A stretch of DNA of 64,000 nt from Candidatus Scatocola faecipullorum (GCA_018714685.1 DVNC01000021.1:76758-140757); one strand, 5' to 3'. Shown: positions 46,359-55,246, numbered from the stretch's first letter. Notes: a model not told the origin generated them from the sequence alone. Made by a program: numbers and translations.

Positions 46359-48140
46359 ATGGCGGATATGATTAAAAAAGTTCTAAGTGTTTCATTTTTG
46401 GTAATTTTGGCTTCGTGCCGTTCTGCTCCCGTAGCGCAAACCGGCGAAGCGGTCATTGAGCAGGAAACGGCCGTTATCAATCCCGAGCCGGTCAAGGGGC
46501 GGGTGGACGTTTACGAATCAATGGCGCGCAGCGTCAAGTACAATACCGGCGCCACCCTGCGCGAGCTGCGGAAGAAGGTGGTCTATGACAAAAACACCAA
46601 TCCGCGCAGCATTGTCAACAATATCCTTAAAATGAAGAACCTTAATCAGAATCCGCTGTATGACAGTTTGCGCGCGCTTGACTTTGCGATTATTTATGCT
46701 GCGGTCAATTTGAGCGACGACGAGCATTTTACCAGCGCCTATTTGAATGCCAAGGCTTCGCAGACTGCGGCTCTGGCTGCGATTAAGGCGCACAAGGACG
46801 CTTTGTTTGCACAGCGAAAGATTAAGGAAATCGAGCGCATGGTTAAGCGGGAGCAGCGCGAGGTCGATACGCTGAAAGCCAAGCAAGACCGCCTGGGTGT
46901 GCTGAACAGCGATGACGAGGCCTATAAAAAAGGGCTGGAGGTTGTTATCTATAAATTGTCGGAAATTAAGAAAAAGCTGGAGGAAGAAGTTGTCCTTTAC
47001 CGCCAGGTTACAAGGATTGACAGTGATAAGCTGACGCTGGAAGGACGCCGCTTTTATGAAATGGACGATTTGGACGCCGGGCTTAAGGCCGGTGATTTTC
47101 AGGCTTCGGCATTTGCAAACCGACAGGAATTCAAATTGGCGGACGAGCTGAACAGGCAATACAGTTATGAGCAGGTACGCACCATGCTGCGGCATGAGTA
47201 TCCGCAGGTGGAACGTCTGGAAATCAACGGTTTTGACATTGAGGATCCGGTTTATTTGAAAGAATTGCAGCAACGGGCCGATTTTCAGTCCAATTATCTG
47301 GCAGACAAGGTCAGACAGTATATGGAAGCCGGCAATGGCGGTGCCAGACGGGCACTGCGGCAGGAGGCCTTTGAAGAGATGGCGACGGCGATCATGACGC
47401 AGAATGAAGTGGCCTATAATGTGGTTATGCGGGCAGATTTGGATGATGAGGCGGTCAACAAAAGAATTGCCGAGCTGAAAAAAACGATAGCGGAAGGCGA
47501 AAAACGCTATCGTCCGGGCGTTAATCAGAAAATAGACCTGCTGGAACAGAAAACGGCTCTGATTAATTTAGAGCGGCAGGCCAGCCAGATTTTGGCCGAA
47601 AAGGCAATGGCAATCCGCGCCCTGTATTTTTATGCCGGATTTAATCCGTTTACACCCAAGCTGACGGAAGCGCCGGTCAAGGATATCAGCGGCAATTTGA
47701 AGGTCGGTTTTAACAAAGACGTGGTCGAAATGCTGGCGAAAAAAGTTCCGCAGCCGGAGACTCCGCTGAAAACGGAGAAAAACGACTGGGCCAAGCAGGA
47801 CAACTGGCTGGAAAAACTGCTGGAAGGAAAAGACAAACCGCAGAGCGAATCGGTCAATATACGGCGTTATGTCGGTAATTTCGAGCTTTATGAGGGGGCG
47901 GTCTATAACAAGCGCAAGATTATGCAGCTGGGCTCTTACCGGCAAAAGGAAAATGCGGATATGGACTGGAAGATGCTGAAAGAGCTTTATCCCGAACTGC
48001 GGGCATACAGTCCGGTGGTGGAAAAGGCACAAGTCAAGGGCGCGCCGATGTATCGCCTGATTATCAGACAGGAAAACGGAGGTCTGATGGATTTGTGCAA
48101 TAAGCTGCGGGCAGATAAAACGGACTGTCTGCTGCGTTAA
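46359..48140 (+). CDS. Coiled-coil lipoprotein with a C-terminal SPOR (peptidoglycan-binding) domain
   Basis: Lipobox LVILASCRS, a long helical/charged middle, and the C-terminus IMQLGSYRQKENADMDWKMLKE...APMYRLIIRQENGG...LCNKLRADKTDC, which fits the SPOR pattern. Confidence 0.7.
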   Translation: MADMIKKVLSVSFLVILASCRSAPVAQTGEAVIEQETAVINPEPVKGRVDVYESMARSVKYNTGATLRELRKKVVYDKNTNPRSIVNNILKMKNLNQNPLYDSLRALDFAIIYAAVNLSDDEHFTSAYLNAKASQTAALAAIKAHKDALFAQRKIKEIERMVKREQREVDTLKAKQDRLGVLNSDDEAYKKGLEVVIYKLSEIKKKLEEEVVLYRQVTRIDSDKLTLEGRRFYEMDDLDAGLKAGDFQASAFANRQEFKLADELNRQYSYEQVRTMLRHEYPQVERLEINGFDIEDPVYLKELQQRADFQSNYLADKVRQYMEAGNGGARRALRQEAFEEMATAIMTQNEVAYNVVMRADLDDEAVNKRIAELKKTIAEGEKRYRPGVNQKIDLLEQKTALINLERQASQILAEKAMAIRALYFYAGFNPFTPKLTEAPVKDISGNLKVGFNKDVVEMLAKKVPQPETPLKTEKNDWAKQDNWLEKLLEGKDKPQSESVNIRRYVGNFELYEGAVYNKRKIMQLGSYRQKENADMDWKMLKELYPELRAYSPVVEKAQVKGAPMYRLIIRQENGGLMDLCNKLRADKTDCLLR

Positions 48141-48147
48141 AAAATAT

Positions 48148-48176
48148 TTGTCAAAAGGCGGCAGATAAGTTAAAAT
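48148..48176 (+). promoter_or_regulatory. Candidate promoter of the pentapeptide/T4CP gene pair
   Basis: TTGTCA-N17-TAAAAT, 39 nt upstream of the ATG at 48215. Confidence 0.4.
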
Positions 48177-48214
48177 GGCGGTTAGTCTGTAAATTAGGGA
48201 GCTGGCGCGGTAAG

Positions 48215-49474
48215 ATGGCTGAGGACGAAAAGAATAATTTTGACGGAAGTCCGTCTCACAGAGAAAAAACGGCAGAAAAGAAGCGTTCCGATTATGCCGT
48301 CCGCAGCAAAATGCCGGAACGGGACGAGAATGAAGGCGCTGATACAGGGTTTTCCTGGAGTGCGGTGGCTCATCGGGACAGTGCGGCGAATGCCGCGGCG
48401 CTGGGACCGGATAATTTTATGTCTAACCGGATAGAATTCGGCGGCAAGAATCTTGAAAACGGCAAATTTGCCAATGAAAATTTTGAAAATGCCAATTTTT
48501 CGGTAGCAAACCTGAAAGGCGTCGATTTTTCCGGCGCAAACCTGAAAGGCGTCGATTTTTCCGGTGCCGATTTGAGCGATGCTAATCTTTCCGGTGCCGA
48601 TTTGAGCGGTGCCGTGCTTTCCAATGCGGTTCTGAAGCACACGAATTTCAGCGGGGCGGTTCTGAACGGAGTGGTTCTGACCGATGCCGATCTGGATAAT
48701 GCTATTTTGCTGGATATTACGATTGATGCCATTGCATTGGAAGATTTGCAGGAACTGGTCGAATATCTGGCTAAATATGCGCCGCATAAGCTTAATCTGG
48801 CCAAAATGAATCTGACGATGTTCAATTTGGCCAAAATCGATCTGAAGAATCTTAATTTGCGTGGGGTTGATTTTACCGGCTGCGATTTTACCGGCGTTAA
48901 TATCATGGAGCTTGATTTAAGCGAGTGTATTATTACGCCGCAGCAGATAGCCCAGGCTTTGGGGCGGGTGCCGAATGCCGAGGAACTGCGGCGGATTATG
49001 GCGCCGAAGGTTAAGCCGAAAGGGCCGAAGTCGCAGGGTATTGACCTGACCGATTTGTTTTTTGACAACGGCAAAGAAGCCGGTGTTTGGGAAACTGCGA
49101 AAGACAAAGGTATTTCCACCGCGAAGATTGTGGACATGATCAAGGCAGGGCACAAGGTTTATCGTCGGGTGGTCAAGCGTCCGGAAGGGAACAGGTTTGA
49201 AGCGGCGGCCAAAGAAAGCGCCGAACGCAAAGAAGCTCAGGTATCCAACTCCAATGAAGAACTCAAGAAAGTTTTGGAAGAAAACAAAAGGGCGCTGATT
49301 GAGAAACATAAGCGGGAGGAACTGGAAGCCCGCCGGAACAAAAAAATGGAGCTGGAACAGGCGCTGGCCCGGGAAAACGAACAGGAAAAAACGCCCGAAA
49401 AAACCGAACAGCCAAAAATCAGGCCGTTGACGGCGGAGCGGATTGCGTCGTTCCGCGACCGTTCAAGAGATTAG
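48215..49474 (+). CDS. Pentapeptide-repeat protein with a Lys/Glu-rich C-terminal tail
   Basis: Two blocks of A(D/N)LxG-type pentapeptides: NFSVANLKGVDFSGANLKGVDFSGADLSDANLSGADLSGAVLSNAVL... and LNLRGVDFTGCDFTGVNIMELDLSEC. Confidence 0.85.
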   Translation: MAEDEKNNFDGSPSHREKTAEKKRSDYAVRSKMPERDENEGADTGFSWSAVAHRDSAANAAALGPDNFMSNRIEFGGKNLENGKFANENFENANFSVANLKGVDFSGANLKGVDFSGADLSDANLSGADLSGAVLSNAVLKHTNFSGAVLNGVVLTDADLDNAILLDITIDAIALEDLQELVEYLAKYAPHKLNLAKMNLTMFNLAKIDLKNLNLRGVDFTGCDFTGVNIMELDLSECIITPQQIAQALGRVPNAEELRRIMAPKVKPKGPKSQGIDLTDLFFDNGKEAGVWETAKDKGISTAKIVDMIKAGHKVYRRVVKRPEGNRFEAAAKESAERKEAQVSNSNEELKKVLEENKRALIEKHKREELEARRNKKMELEQALARENEQEKTPEKTEQPKIRPLTAERIASFRDRSRD

Positions 49475-49480
49475 CCGGCA

Positions 49481-51850
49481 ATGAGAGAAAAACTTTATCT
49501 GGAATCCGATAGTTCTTTTTTCAGACGTTTTGTGCTGCTGCCGATTATCGTTTTGCTGATGGTGGTCGGTTTTGTCCTGTCGGCGGTGGTTTTTCTGAGC
49601 CTTTCCCATGTGATGTTTTATGGTTTCAATGAACAGTCGCTGGCAGATTTGGGGCATTTCTGGCTGAGTTGTCTGACCCGTCCGCAAAGGCTGTGGGAGG
49701 CTTATGCCGAGTGGTTTTACGTTTTCCGGCTGGCGGCGGCTTATCACAAGCTTGTGCCGGCCAGCTTTATGCCTTTGCTGGGGCCGCTGCTGTTTATCGG
49801 CGCAACGGTGTGGGCTTATGTCAAGAGTCCGAGTTCGTTTAAGCTGTGGTATCGACTGAAAAATCATTATGCCAAATTTGAAGATGTTCAGAAAATGGGC
49901 ATTTTGAACGGAACTCTGTTTGCCTTGGGGCGTTTTCAGAATCAGGTGCTGCGGTTGTGTCGTCCGCTGTCGGTTTTTGTCTGGGGCGGTGAGGGGTTAG
50001 GCAAAAGCAGCTGCGTTTCCCTTCCGTCGGTTCTCGAATCTGATGATACCTGTCTGGCGGTGGCCGACAGCACGGGAATTCTGGCAAAATATTCAAGCGG
50101 TTACCGGTCGCGGTTGGGTAAGGTTTTTTATTTTAACTGGGGTTTGACCGATGTGCCGGAAAAGGGCGAATTCTGGCCGCGTTGGAATCCGGTGTCGCCT
50201 AAGGATCTGCCGGTTCGCGGCGAGGGGCGTCTGGCTTATATCAAAATGTTGGTTTCCTGCCTTTTCCCTTCCGAAAAGCATAATTTTTGGGAAAAAATCA
50301 GTCAGACTGCTTTGGAAGGATTGCTGCTGTTTTATGTTTCCAAAATCGAACAGGCCATGGCCAATGACTATTTTCTCAGCGGTTTGCTTGAAAAAGGCCG
50401 GATAGCCAAAGAAGACAGAGAACTTTTGCAGAGCTATTACCGGGCAATGAATCCGGAATTGGCGGCGCCGGCGCTGAAAGCTTTGGAGAGCGGGAAACTG
50501 ACGCTGGACAATTATCTGCCGGTGGGCAGTTGGGAAAATGTTTCCGAATCCTGGCGGGGAAAGGAGTTTTGTCTGCCGATGTTTGCCGACTGCCTGATGC
50601 AGCGTTATTTTGCAATTACACAGGAAGACGAAGAAAAAGCCGCGGTCGGCGGATTTAAGGTTATGCTGGGCGAGTTTATCAAAGAAGCGCAGGTTTTCGG
50701 TTATGACCGCCGCGCCATTCAGGTTATGCAGCAGTTGTACTATATGACCCGCAAACAGCGGCGGATTATCTTTACCATGCTGATGGCTCCGCTGACGGTT
50801 TTCCGCAAGAGCACCATCCGGTCGCGCACCAGTTTGAGCGATTTTTCCCTGAACCAGCTGCGCGGCATTTGTGAAGACGGCAGTTGGCGGGTTACCACGC
50901 TCTACACCGTGGCGGATGCGGTGAAATCTTCCGGGTTTATGAGCCGCTTTCTGATTGATATGCTTATTGCGCATAATCTGCGCCCGCGTTCGGAGGAAGG
51001 GCCTTTTGCGCTGGCTTTTGTTCTGGATGATTTCGAACGTTTGCCGAAACTTTCAAAGCTGGCGGCAGGACTGACACAAGGGCCCGAACTCAGAATGTCT
51101 TTCCTGATGCTGACGGACGGGCTGCACCTGATTCAGAACAAATACGGCATGGAAGAGCTGGAAGATATTATCGGCAACAGTTCGGTCAAGCTGATGATGG
51201 CCGAAGACAAGCGTCGGATGAGCGAGCATTTTAACAAACTGGCGGTTTACGGAACCCGTTCGGTTCAGATTCCGGCGGTGGATGCGGGAGCCTTTTACAA
51301 GGTTAAGAAAGGGTTGGCCGATGCCAATTATTATCACCGAATTGCCAGAGATTTGATGAATCATCCGAAGACGGTATCCTTTGACAAATCGCATTATCTG
51401 CTTTTGGTGGAAGGTTTTTATCATCTGCCGGTAAATATTTCTTCCAATAATTTTCTTCGCGACGGCAAGCTGAAAAGCAAGGCTGCCTGCGGTGCCAGTT
51501 ATATTCTTGATGAAACGCTGGCGGCGCAGCGCAATGTGCAGGATGTGGATGCGCCGGATTTGATTGCGGTTTTGCAGGAGGGCGGCATCAATATTGAAAA
51601 AGAGGAAGACGTCGATATTTATCTGGAAGACAAGTATGACGAGGTGGTCGAAACGCTGGAGGAAGATTCCGACGTGCAGACGGTGTGGGCGGAGGAAATT
51701 TCAAACCGGTGGAATTCGGCGCCCTCGGCGGCAGAAAATCCGCAGGATCTGAGGGTGAAGAATGATGACTGGTGGCTGGACGAGGAGGCTTTTAAAACGG
51801 CGGACAGCGATAATGCGAATCCTTTTGAAAGCTTGAACGAAAAGAATTAA
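49481..51850 (+). CDS. VirD4/TraG-family type IV coupling protein-like ATPase (divergent, orphan)
   Basis: Two N-terminal TM helices, Walker A VWGGEGLGKSSCVSLPSVLE, the RWNPV block, Walker B FVLDDFERLPKL, then LMLTDGLHLIQNKYG, and an acidic C-terminal tail. Starts 6 nt after the previous stop. Confidence 0.75.
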   Translation: MREKLYLESDSSFFRRFVLLPIIVLLMVVGFVLSAVVFLSLSHVMFYGFNEQSLADLGHFWLSCLTRPQRLWEAYAEWFYVFRLAAAYHKLVPASFMPLLGPLLFIGATVWAYVKSPSSFKLWYRLKNHYAKFEDVQKMGILNGTLFALGRFQNQVLRLCRPLSVFVWGGEGLGKSSCVSLPSVLESDDTCLAVADSTGILAKYSSGYRSRLGKVFYFNWGLTDVPEKGEFWPRWNPVSPKDLPVRGEGRLAYIKMLVSCLFPSEKHNFWEKISQTALEGLLLFYVSKIEQAMANDYFLSGLLEKGRIAKEDRELLQSYYRAMNPELAAPALKALESGKLTLDNYLPVGSWENVSESWRGKEFCLPMFADCLMQRYFAITQEDEEKAAVGGFKVMLGEFIKEAQVFGYDRRAIQVMQQLYYMTRKQRRIIFTMLMAPLTVFRKSTIRSRTSLSDFSLNQLRGICEDGSWRVTTLYTVADAVKSSGFMSRFLIDMLIAHNLRPRSEEGPFALAFVLDDFERLPKLSKLAAGLTQGPELRMSFLMLTDGLHLIQNKYGMEELEDIIGNSSVKLMMAEDKRRMSEHFNKLAVYGTRSVQIPAVDAGAFYKVKKGLADANYYHRIARDLMNHPKTVSFDKSHYLLLVEGFYHLPVNISSNNFLRDGKLKSKAACGASYILDETLAAQRNVQDVDAPDLIAVLQEGGINIEKEEDVDIYLEDKYDEVVETLEEDSDVQTVWAEEISNRWNSAPSAAENPQDLRVKNDDWWLDEEAFKTADSDNANPFESLNEKN

Positions 51851-51910
51851 AAGCTGTTATTTTGCAAATAATCTGTTAAGATAAAGCGTTAAAAAAATAC
51901 GAATCGAAAG

Positions 51911-53227
51911 ATGATGGAAGAGACCCTTTTTTCAAATAACGTCAAACGTCCTTTGGCTGACCGCCTGCGTCCGCAAAGCCTTAAAGAGGTTGTGGGGCAG
52001 GAACATATTGTCGGCGATGATGCGCCGTTGGGACGAATGATTAAAAGCGGCAAGATTACCTCCTTTATTCTCTGGGGGCCTCCCGGCTGCGGAAAAACAA
52101 CAATCGCCCGTTTGATTGCCGAGAATACAAATTTATATTTTGAGCAGATTTCCGCCGTTTTTTCCGGCGTGGCCGATTTGAAACGGGTGTTTCAGTATGC
52201 GCAGGAACGTCGGGCCACGCAGGGAAAAGGCACTTTGCTGTTTGTCGATGAAATTCACAGGTTTAACAAATCGCAGCAGGACGGCTTTCTGCCCTATGTG
52301 GAAGACGGCACGATTATTCTGGTCGGAGCAACGACGGAGAATCCTTCTTTTGAACTTAACGCGGCGTTGCTGTCGCGGTGTCAGGTTTTTGTTTTGAACC
52401 GTCTGAACGAAGATAATTTTGAAGAACTGCTGGCGCGGGCAGAACGGGAGACCGGACGGAAGCTTCCGGTTGACGGAGAAGCGCGGCAGATTATGAAATC
52501 GACCGCCGACGGGGACGGTCGGTATATCCTTAATTTGGCGGAAAGTGTCTGGGCTTATGCCAAAGAAGGAGAGGTTTTTGACAAAGACAGCATTCTGAAA
52601 GTCATCCGTTCACGGGCACCGATTTATGACAAGGGGCGTGACGGTCACTATAACCTGATTTCGGCAGTGCATAAATCGCTGCGCGGTTCCGATGTCGATG
52701 CGGCGTTATATTGGGCAGCGCGTATGCTGGAGGCGGGAGAGGATCCGAAATATCTGCTGCGGCGGCTGACCCGTTTTGCCGTTGAAGACGTTTCGTTGGC
52801 AGAGCCTAATGCCGTAACTCAGGCCATTGCCTGCTGGGAGACATACGAGCGGCTTGGTTCGCCGGAAGGCGATTTGGCGATTATGCAGTTGGTGGCTTAT
52901 CTGGCGACGGCGCCGAAATCCGTGGGCGTTTACAAAGCGATGTATAAAGCCCGGGAACTTGCCCGCAAGACCGGTTCGCTGATGCCGCCGAAAAATATTC
53001 TGAACGCGCCGACCAAACTGATGAAACAATTGGGTTACAGCGAAGGATATGAATATGATCCCGATTGCGAAGACGGCTTTTCCGGTGCCAATTACTTTCC
53101 CGACGGCATGAGTCGGGTTAAGATTTATTTTCCGGTTGACCGCGGCTTTGAACGGGAGATTAAGAAGAGGGTGGAGTATTTTGATAAACTCCGGAAGGAA
53201 AAGCAAAATCGCAAGGCGGAAAACTAA
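51911..53227 (+). CDS. rarA: Replication-associated recombination protein A (AAA+)
   Basis: LADRLRPQSLKEVVGQEHI...LWGPPGCGKTTIARLIA...LFVDEIHRFNK plus the MgsA C-terminal domain. Confidence 0.95.
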   Translation: MMEETLFSNNVKRPLADRLRPQSLKEVVGQEHIVGDDAPLGRMIKSGKITSFILWGPPGCGKTTIARLIAENTNLYFEQISAVFSGVADLKRVFQYAQERRATQGKGTLLFVDEIHRFNKSQQDGFLPYVEDGTIILVGATTENPSFELNAALLSRCQVFVLNRLNEDNFEELLARAERETGRKLPVDGEARQIMKSTADGDGRYILNLAESVWAYAKEGEVFDKDSILKVIRSRAPIYDKGRDGHYNLISAVHKSLRGSDVDAALYWAARMLEAGEDPKYLLRRLTRFAVEDVSLAEPNAVTQAIACWETYERLGSPEGDLAIMQLVAYLATAPKSVGVYKAMYKARELARKTGSLMPPKNILNAPTKLMKQLGYSEGYEYDPDCEDGFSGANYFPDGMSRVKIYFPVDRGFEREIKKRVEYFDKLRKEKQNRKAEN

Positions 53228-53309
53228 TACAGATTTTGCGAGCAGCCAACAGCCTCACGTACTTCTGTGTACGCTGCGGTGTTGTCTCTCTGAAATCTTA
53301 TTATTTTCC
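53218..53309. repeat. GTAC-centred palindromic element, copy J (overlaps the rarA 3' end)
   Basis: ggaaaactaatacagattttgcgagcagccaacagcctcacGTACttctGTGTACgctgcggtgttgtctctctgaaatcttattattttcc. Confidence 0.8.
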
Positions 53310-53347
53310 TCGCCTATCGACATGAGGGATTTTAAGGACAAGCACAA

Positions 53348-53704
53348 ATGACTGTTTTCAGTGTTTTTTTAGGCGGAGGAATCGGCTCGGTTTTACGCTG
53401 GCTGGTAACCTCGAGAATAGCTTCGCATTGGGGCGTTATGCTGGCCAATGTTTTCGGGGCGATGCTTATCGGCATGGCATCGGAATATTTTTTAAGCCGG
53501 GCGGATTTGCGGCCGGAGGTGCGCAGTTTTATTGTTACCGGTTTTTTAGGCGGTTTTACGACTTTTTCGACTTATTTGCTTGATTTTAATCATTTGCTCA
53601 GTCATGAAAAATGGTCGGAAGCCGGCATTTATCTGGCGGGATCGATTGTGGTCGGTTTTGCTTTTTTGCTTGCCGGATCCAGACTGATGAAACTGTTTCT
53701 GTAG
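53348..53704 (+). CDS. crcB: Fluoride channel CrcB/FluC
   Basis: GGGIGSVLRW...GFLGGFTTFSTY. 118 aa, 4 TM. Confidence 0.9.
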   Translation: MTVFSVFLGGGIGSVLRWLVTSRIASHWGVMLANVFGAMLIGMASEYFLSRADLRPEVRSFIVTGFLGGFTTFSTYLLDFNHLLSHEKWSEAGIYLAGSIVVGFAFLLAGSRLMKLFL

Positions 53705-53723
53705 CTTGACGCCGGGTTAAAAG

Positions 53724-53762
53724 TAACTTATATTTCGGCTATGTTATAAGTTATTTTGTTTT
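53724..53762 (+). terminator. Possible AT-rich terminator after crcB
   Basis: Perfect 9-bp inverted repeat taacttata-N12-tataagtta followed by ttttgtttt. Confidence 0.4.
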
Positions 53763-53779
53763 ACTAAAATTATAATTAT

Positions 53780-54199
53780 ATGGAAAAAGTCAAAAAAGAC
53801 GGTGAAATCGTGAGGGAAACTGCCAAAGCAGCGGTTGTTCACGGCGGCCGGAAAGTTTTGCTGATTGCGGCCGGGGCTGTTGTTCCGGTGCGGCAAAGAG
53901 AGGATAACCTGACGGATGTTTCAGCAGCCGAGAGGCCGGACTTTTCCGGCGGAAGCAGAGGCAGTCTGAAAGCTTTTGCACAGGAACTGATCAATCTGAC
54001 GACAAAGGAAGTTCGTGCTTTGGCCGAGATTTTGAAAGAAGAGTACGGTATTGTGCCTGCGGAACCCCTGATTATCGAAGAGTCTCCGCATCCGGCGGAC
54101 GGGAAACGGCAGCAAACCGTGCCGGTGCTCCGCCGAAAGCAGAACCATTATGTTCCGAAAAAGCTGGGAAAGGTCAACAGCCGCCCGAAGAAAAGATGA
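53780..54199 (+). CDS. Hypothetical protein with a bL12 N-terminal-domain-like segment and a basic tail
   Basis: 139-aa [28 protein letters not shown] resembles the L7/L12 dimerisation helix-hairpin. No SD is present, and TATAAT ends 3 nt before the ATG. A terminator follows. Confidence 0.4.
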   Translation: MEKVKKDGEIVRETAKAAVVHGGRKVLLIAAGAVVPVRQREDNLTDVSAAERPDFSGGSRGSLKAFAQELINLTTKEVRALAEILKEEYGIVPAEPLIIEESPHPADGKRQQTVPVLRRKQNHYVPKKLGKVNSRPKKR

Positions 54200-54209
54200 T
54201 TTTAAACCA

Positions 54210-54246
54210 ACGGCCGTAACAAAAAAGTTATGGCTGTTTGTTTTTT
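54210..54246 (+). terminator. Rho-independent terminator
   Basis: acggccgtaac-aaaaaa-gttatggctgt (two G-U pairs) followed by ttgtttttt. Confidence 0.55.
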
Positions 54247-54304
54247 AAATTTGTAAATCAGCAAAGATTAATTTAAACTGGCGGAAGTTTAAGAGAGGAA
54301 TAAA

Positions 54305-55240
54305 ATGCCGGGAGTGGAAATAAAAAAGGTGAAAGCGGAAGATGACGGAATGCGTCTGAACCGCTGGTTTATGAAATATTATCCCAATCTGACGCTGGGG
54401 CGGCTGCAAAAACTGTTGCGGACGAAGCAAATCAAAGTTGACGGCAAACGGGCCGAAACATCGCTGAAACTGGCGGCAGGCAGTGAAGTGAGAGTACCGC
54501 CGATGGATGAACAGCCGGAGACCGGAGCGAATCGTTCGGAAATTTCCCGCCGTGATGCGGAGTTTATTCTCTCTCTGGTTATTTATAAAGACGACAATAT
54601 CATTGTTTTGAACAAACCCTCCGGTTTGGCGGTGCAGGGCGGTACCAACACCAGCCGCCATGTTGACGGTATGTTGGAGGCATTGCGGTTTGAATTGAAT
54701 GAAAAGCCCAAACTGGTGCACCGGATTGATAAAGATACCAGCGGGGTTTTGGTTCTGGCGCGCAACCGGACATGGGCGGACAGGCTGACTAAGGCTTTTC
54801 GGGAGCATACGCTGCCGAAGACTTATCTGGCACTGGTTAATTCCTGTCCGAAAAATCCGGCCGGGGAGATTAAGGCTCCGTTGGAAAAATGTGGCGAAAA
54901 GAGTTTGGTCGGCCCGGATGGCAAGCCGGCAGCAACGGTCTATAAAACGCTGGATGAGGTGGGCAGCAAGTTTGCTTTGGTTGAGGCTTCGCCTTTGACC
55001 GGACGGACGCATCAAATTCGTGCGCATATGGAATATATCGGTTGTCCGATTGTGGGGGACGATAAATATTTCGGCGGCGAAAAACGGCAAAAATACGCCT
55101 CAATTCCGGATAAACTCTATTTGCATGCATACAAAATCGATTTATCTGCCTTATATAATAAGAAAACAGTTATCAAAGCGGCTTTGCCGGAGCATTTTAA
55201 AAAAGCTTTGGCTGCGCTCGGAATTGAATTTAAGGGGTAA
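54305..55240 (+). CDS. rluC: RluA-family 23S rRNA pseudouridine synthase (RluC-like, with S4 domain)
   Basis: N-terminal S4 domain (RLNRWF...), catalytic HRIDKDTSGVLVLA, and GRTHQIRAH. Confidence 0.85.
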   Translation: MPGVEIKKVKAEDDGMRLNRWFMKYYPNLTLGRLQKLLRTKQIKVDGKRAETSLKLAAGSEVRVPPMDEQPETGANRSEISRRDAEFILSLVIYKDDNIIVLNKPSGLAVQGGTNTSRHVDGMLEALRFELNEKPKLVHRIDKDTSGVLVLARNRTWADRLTKAFREHTLPKTYLALVNSCPKNPAGEIKAPLEKCGEKSLVGPDGKPAATVYKTLDEVGSKFALVEASPLTGRTHQIRAHMEYIGCPIVGDDKYFGGEKRQKYASIPDKLYLHAYKIDLSALYNKKTVIKAALPEHFKKALAALGIEFKG

Positions 55241-55246
55241 GACAGA

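Noticed and set aside
49481-51850. Calling the region a type IV secretion system or an integrative conjugative element.
   Set aside because: Only a coupling-protein-like gene is present. There are no VirB/Tra channel genes, relaxase, integrase, tRNA attachment site or flanking direct repeats in the window.
53228-53347. Fluoride riboswitch upstream of crcB.
   Set aside because: The spacer is occupied by the repeat element. I could not find the conserved fluoride-riboswitch core by eye. A covariance-model scan would be needed to be certain.
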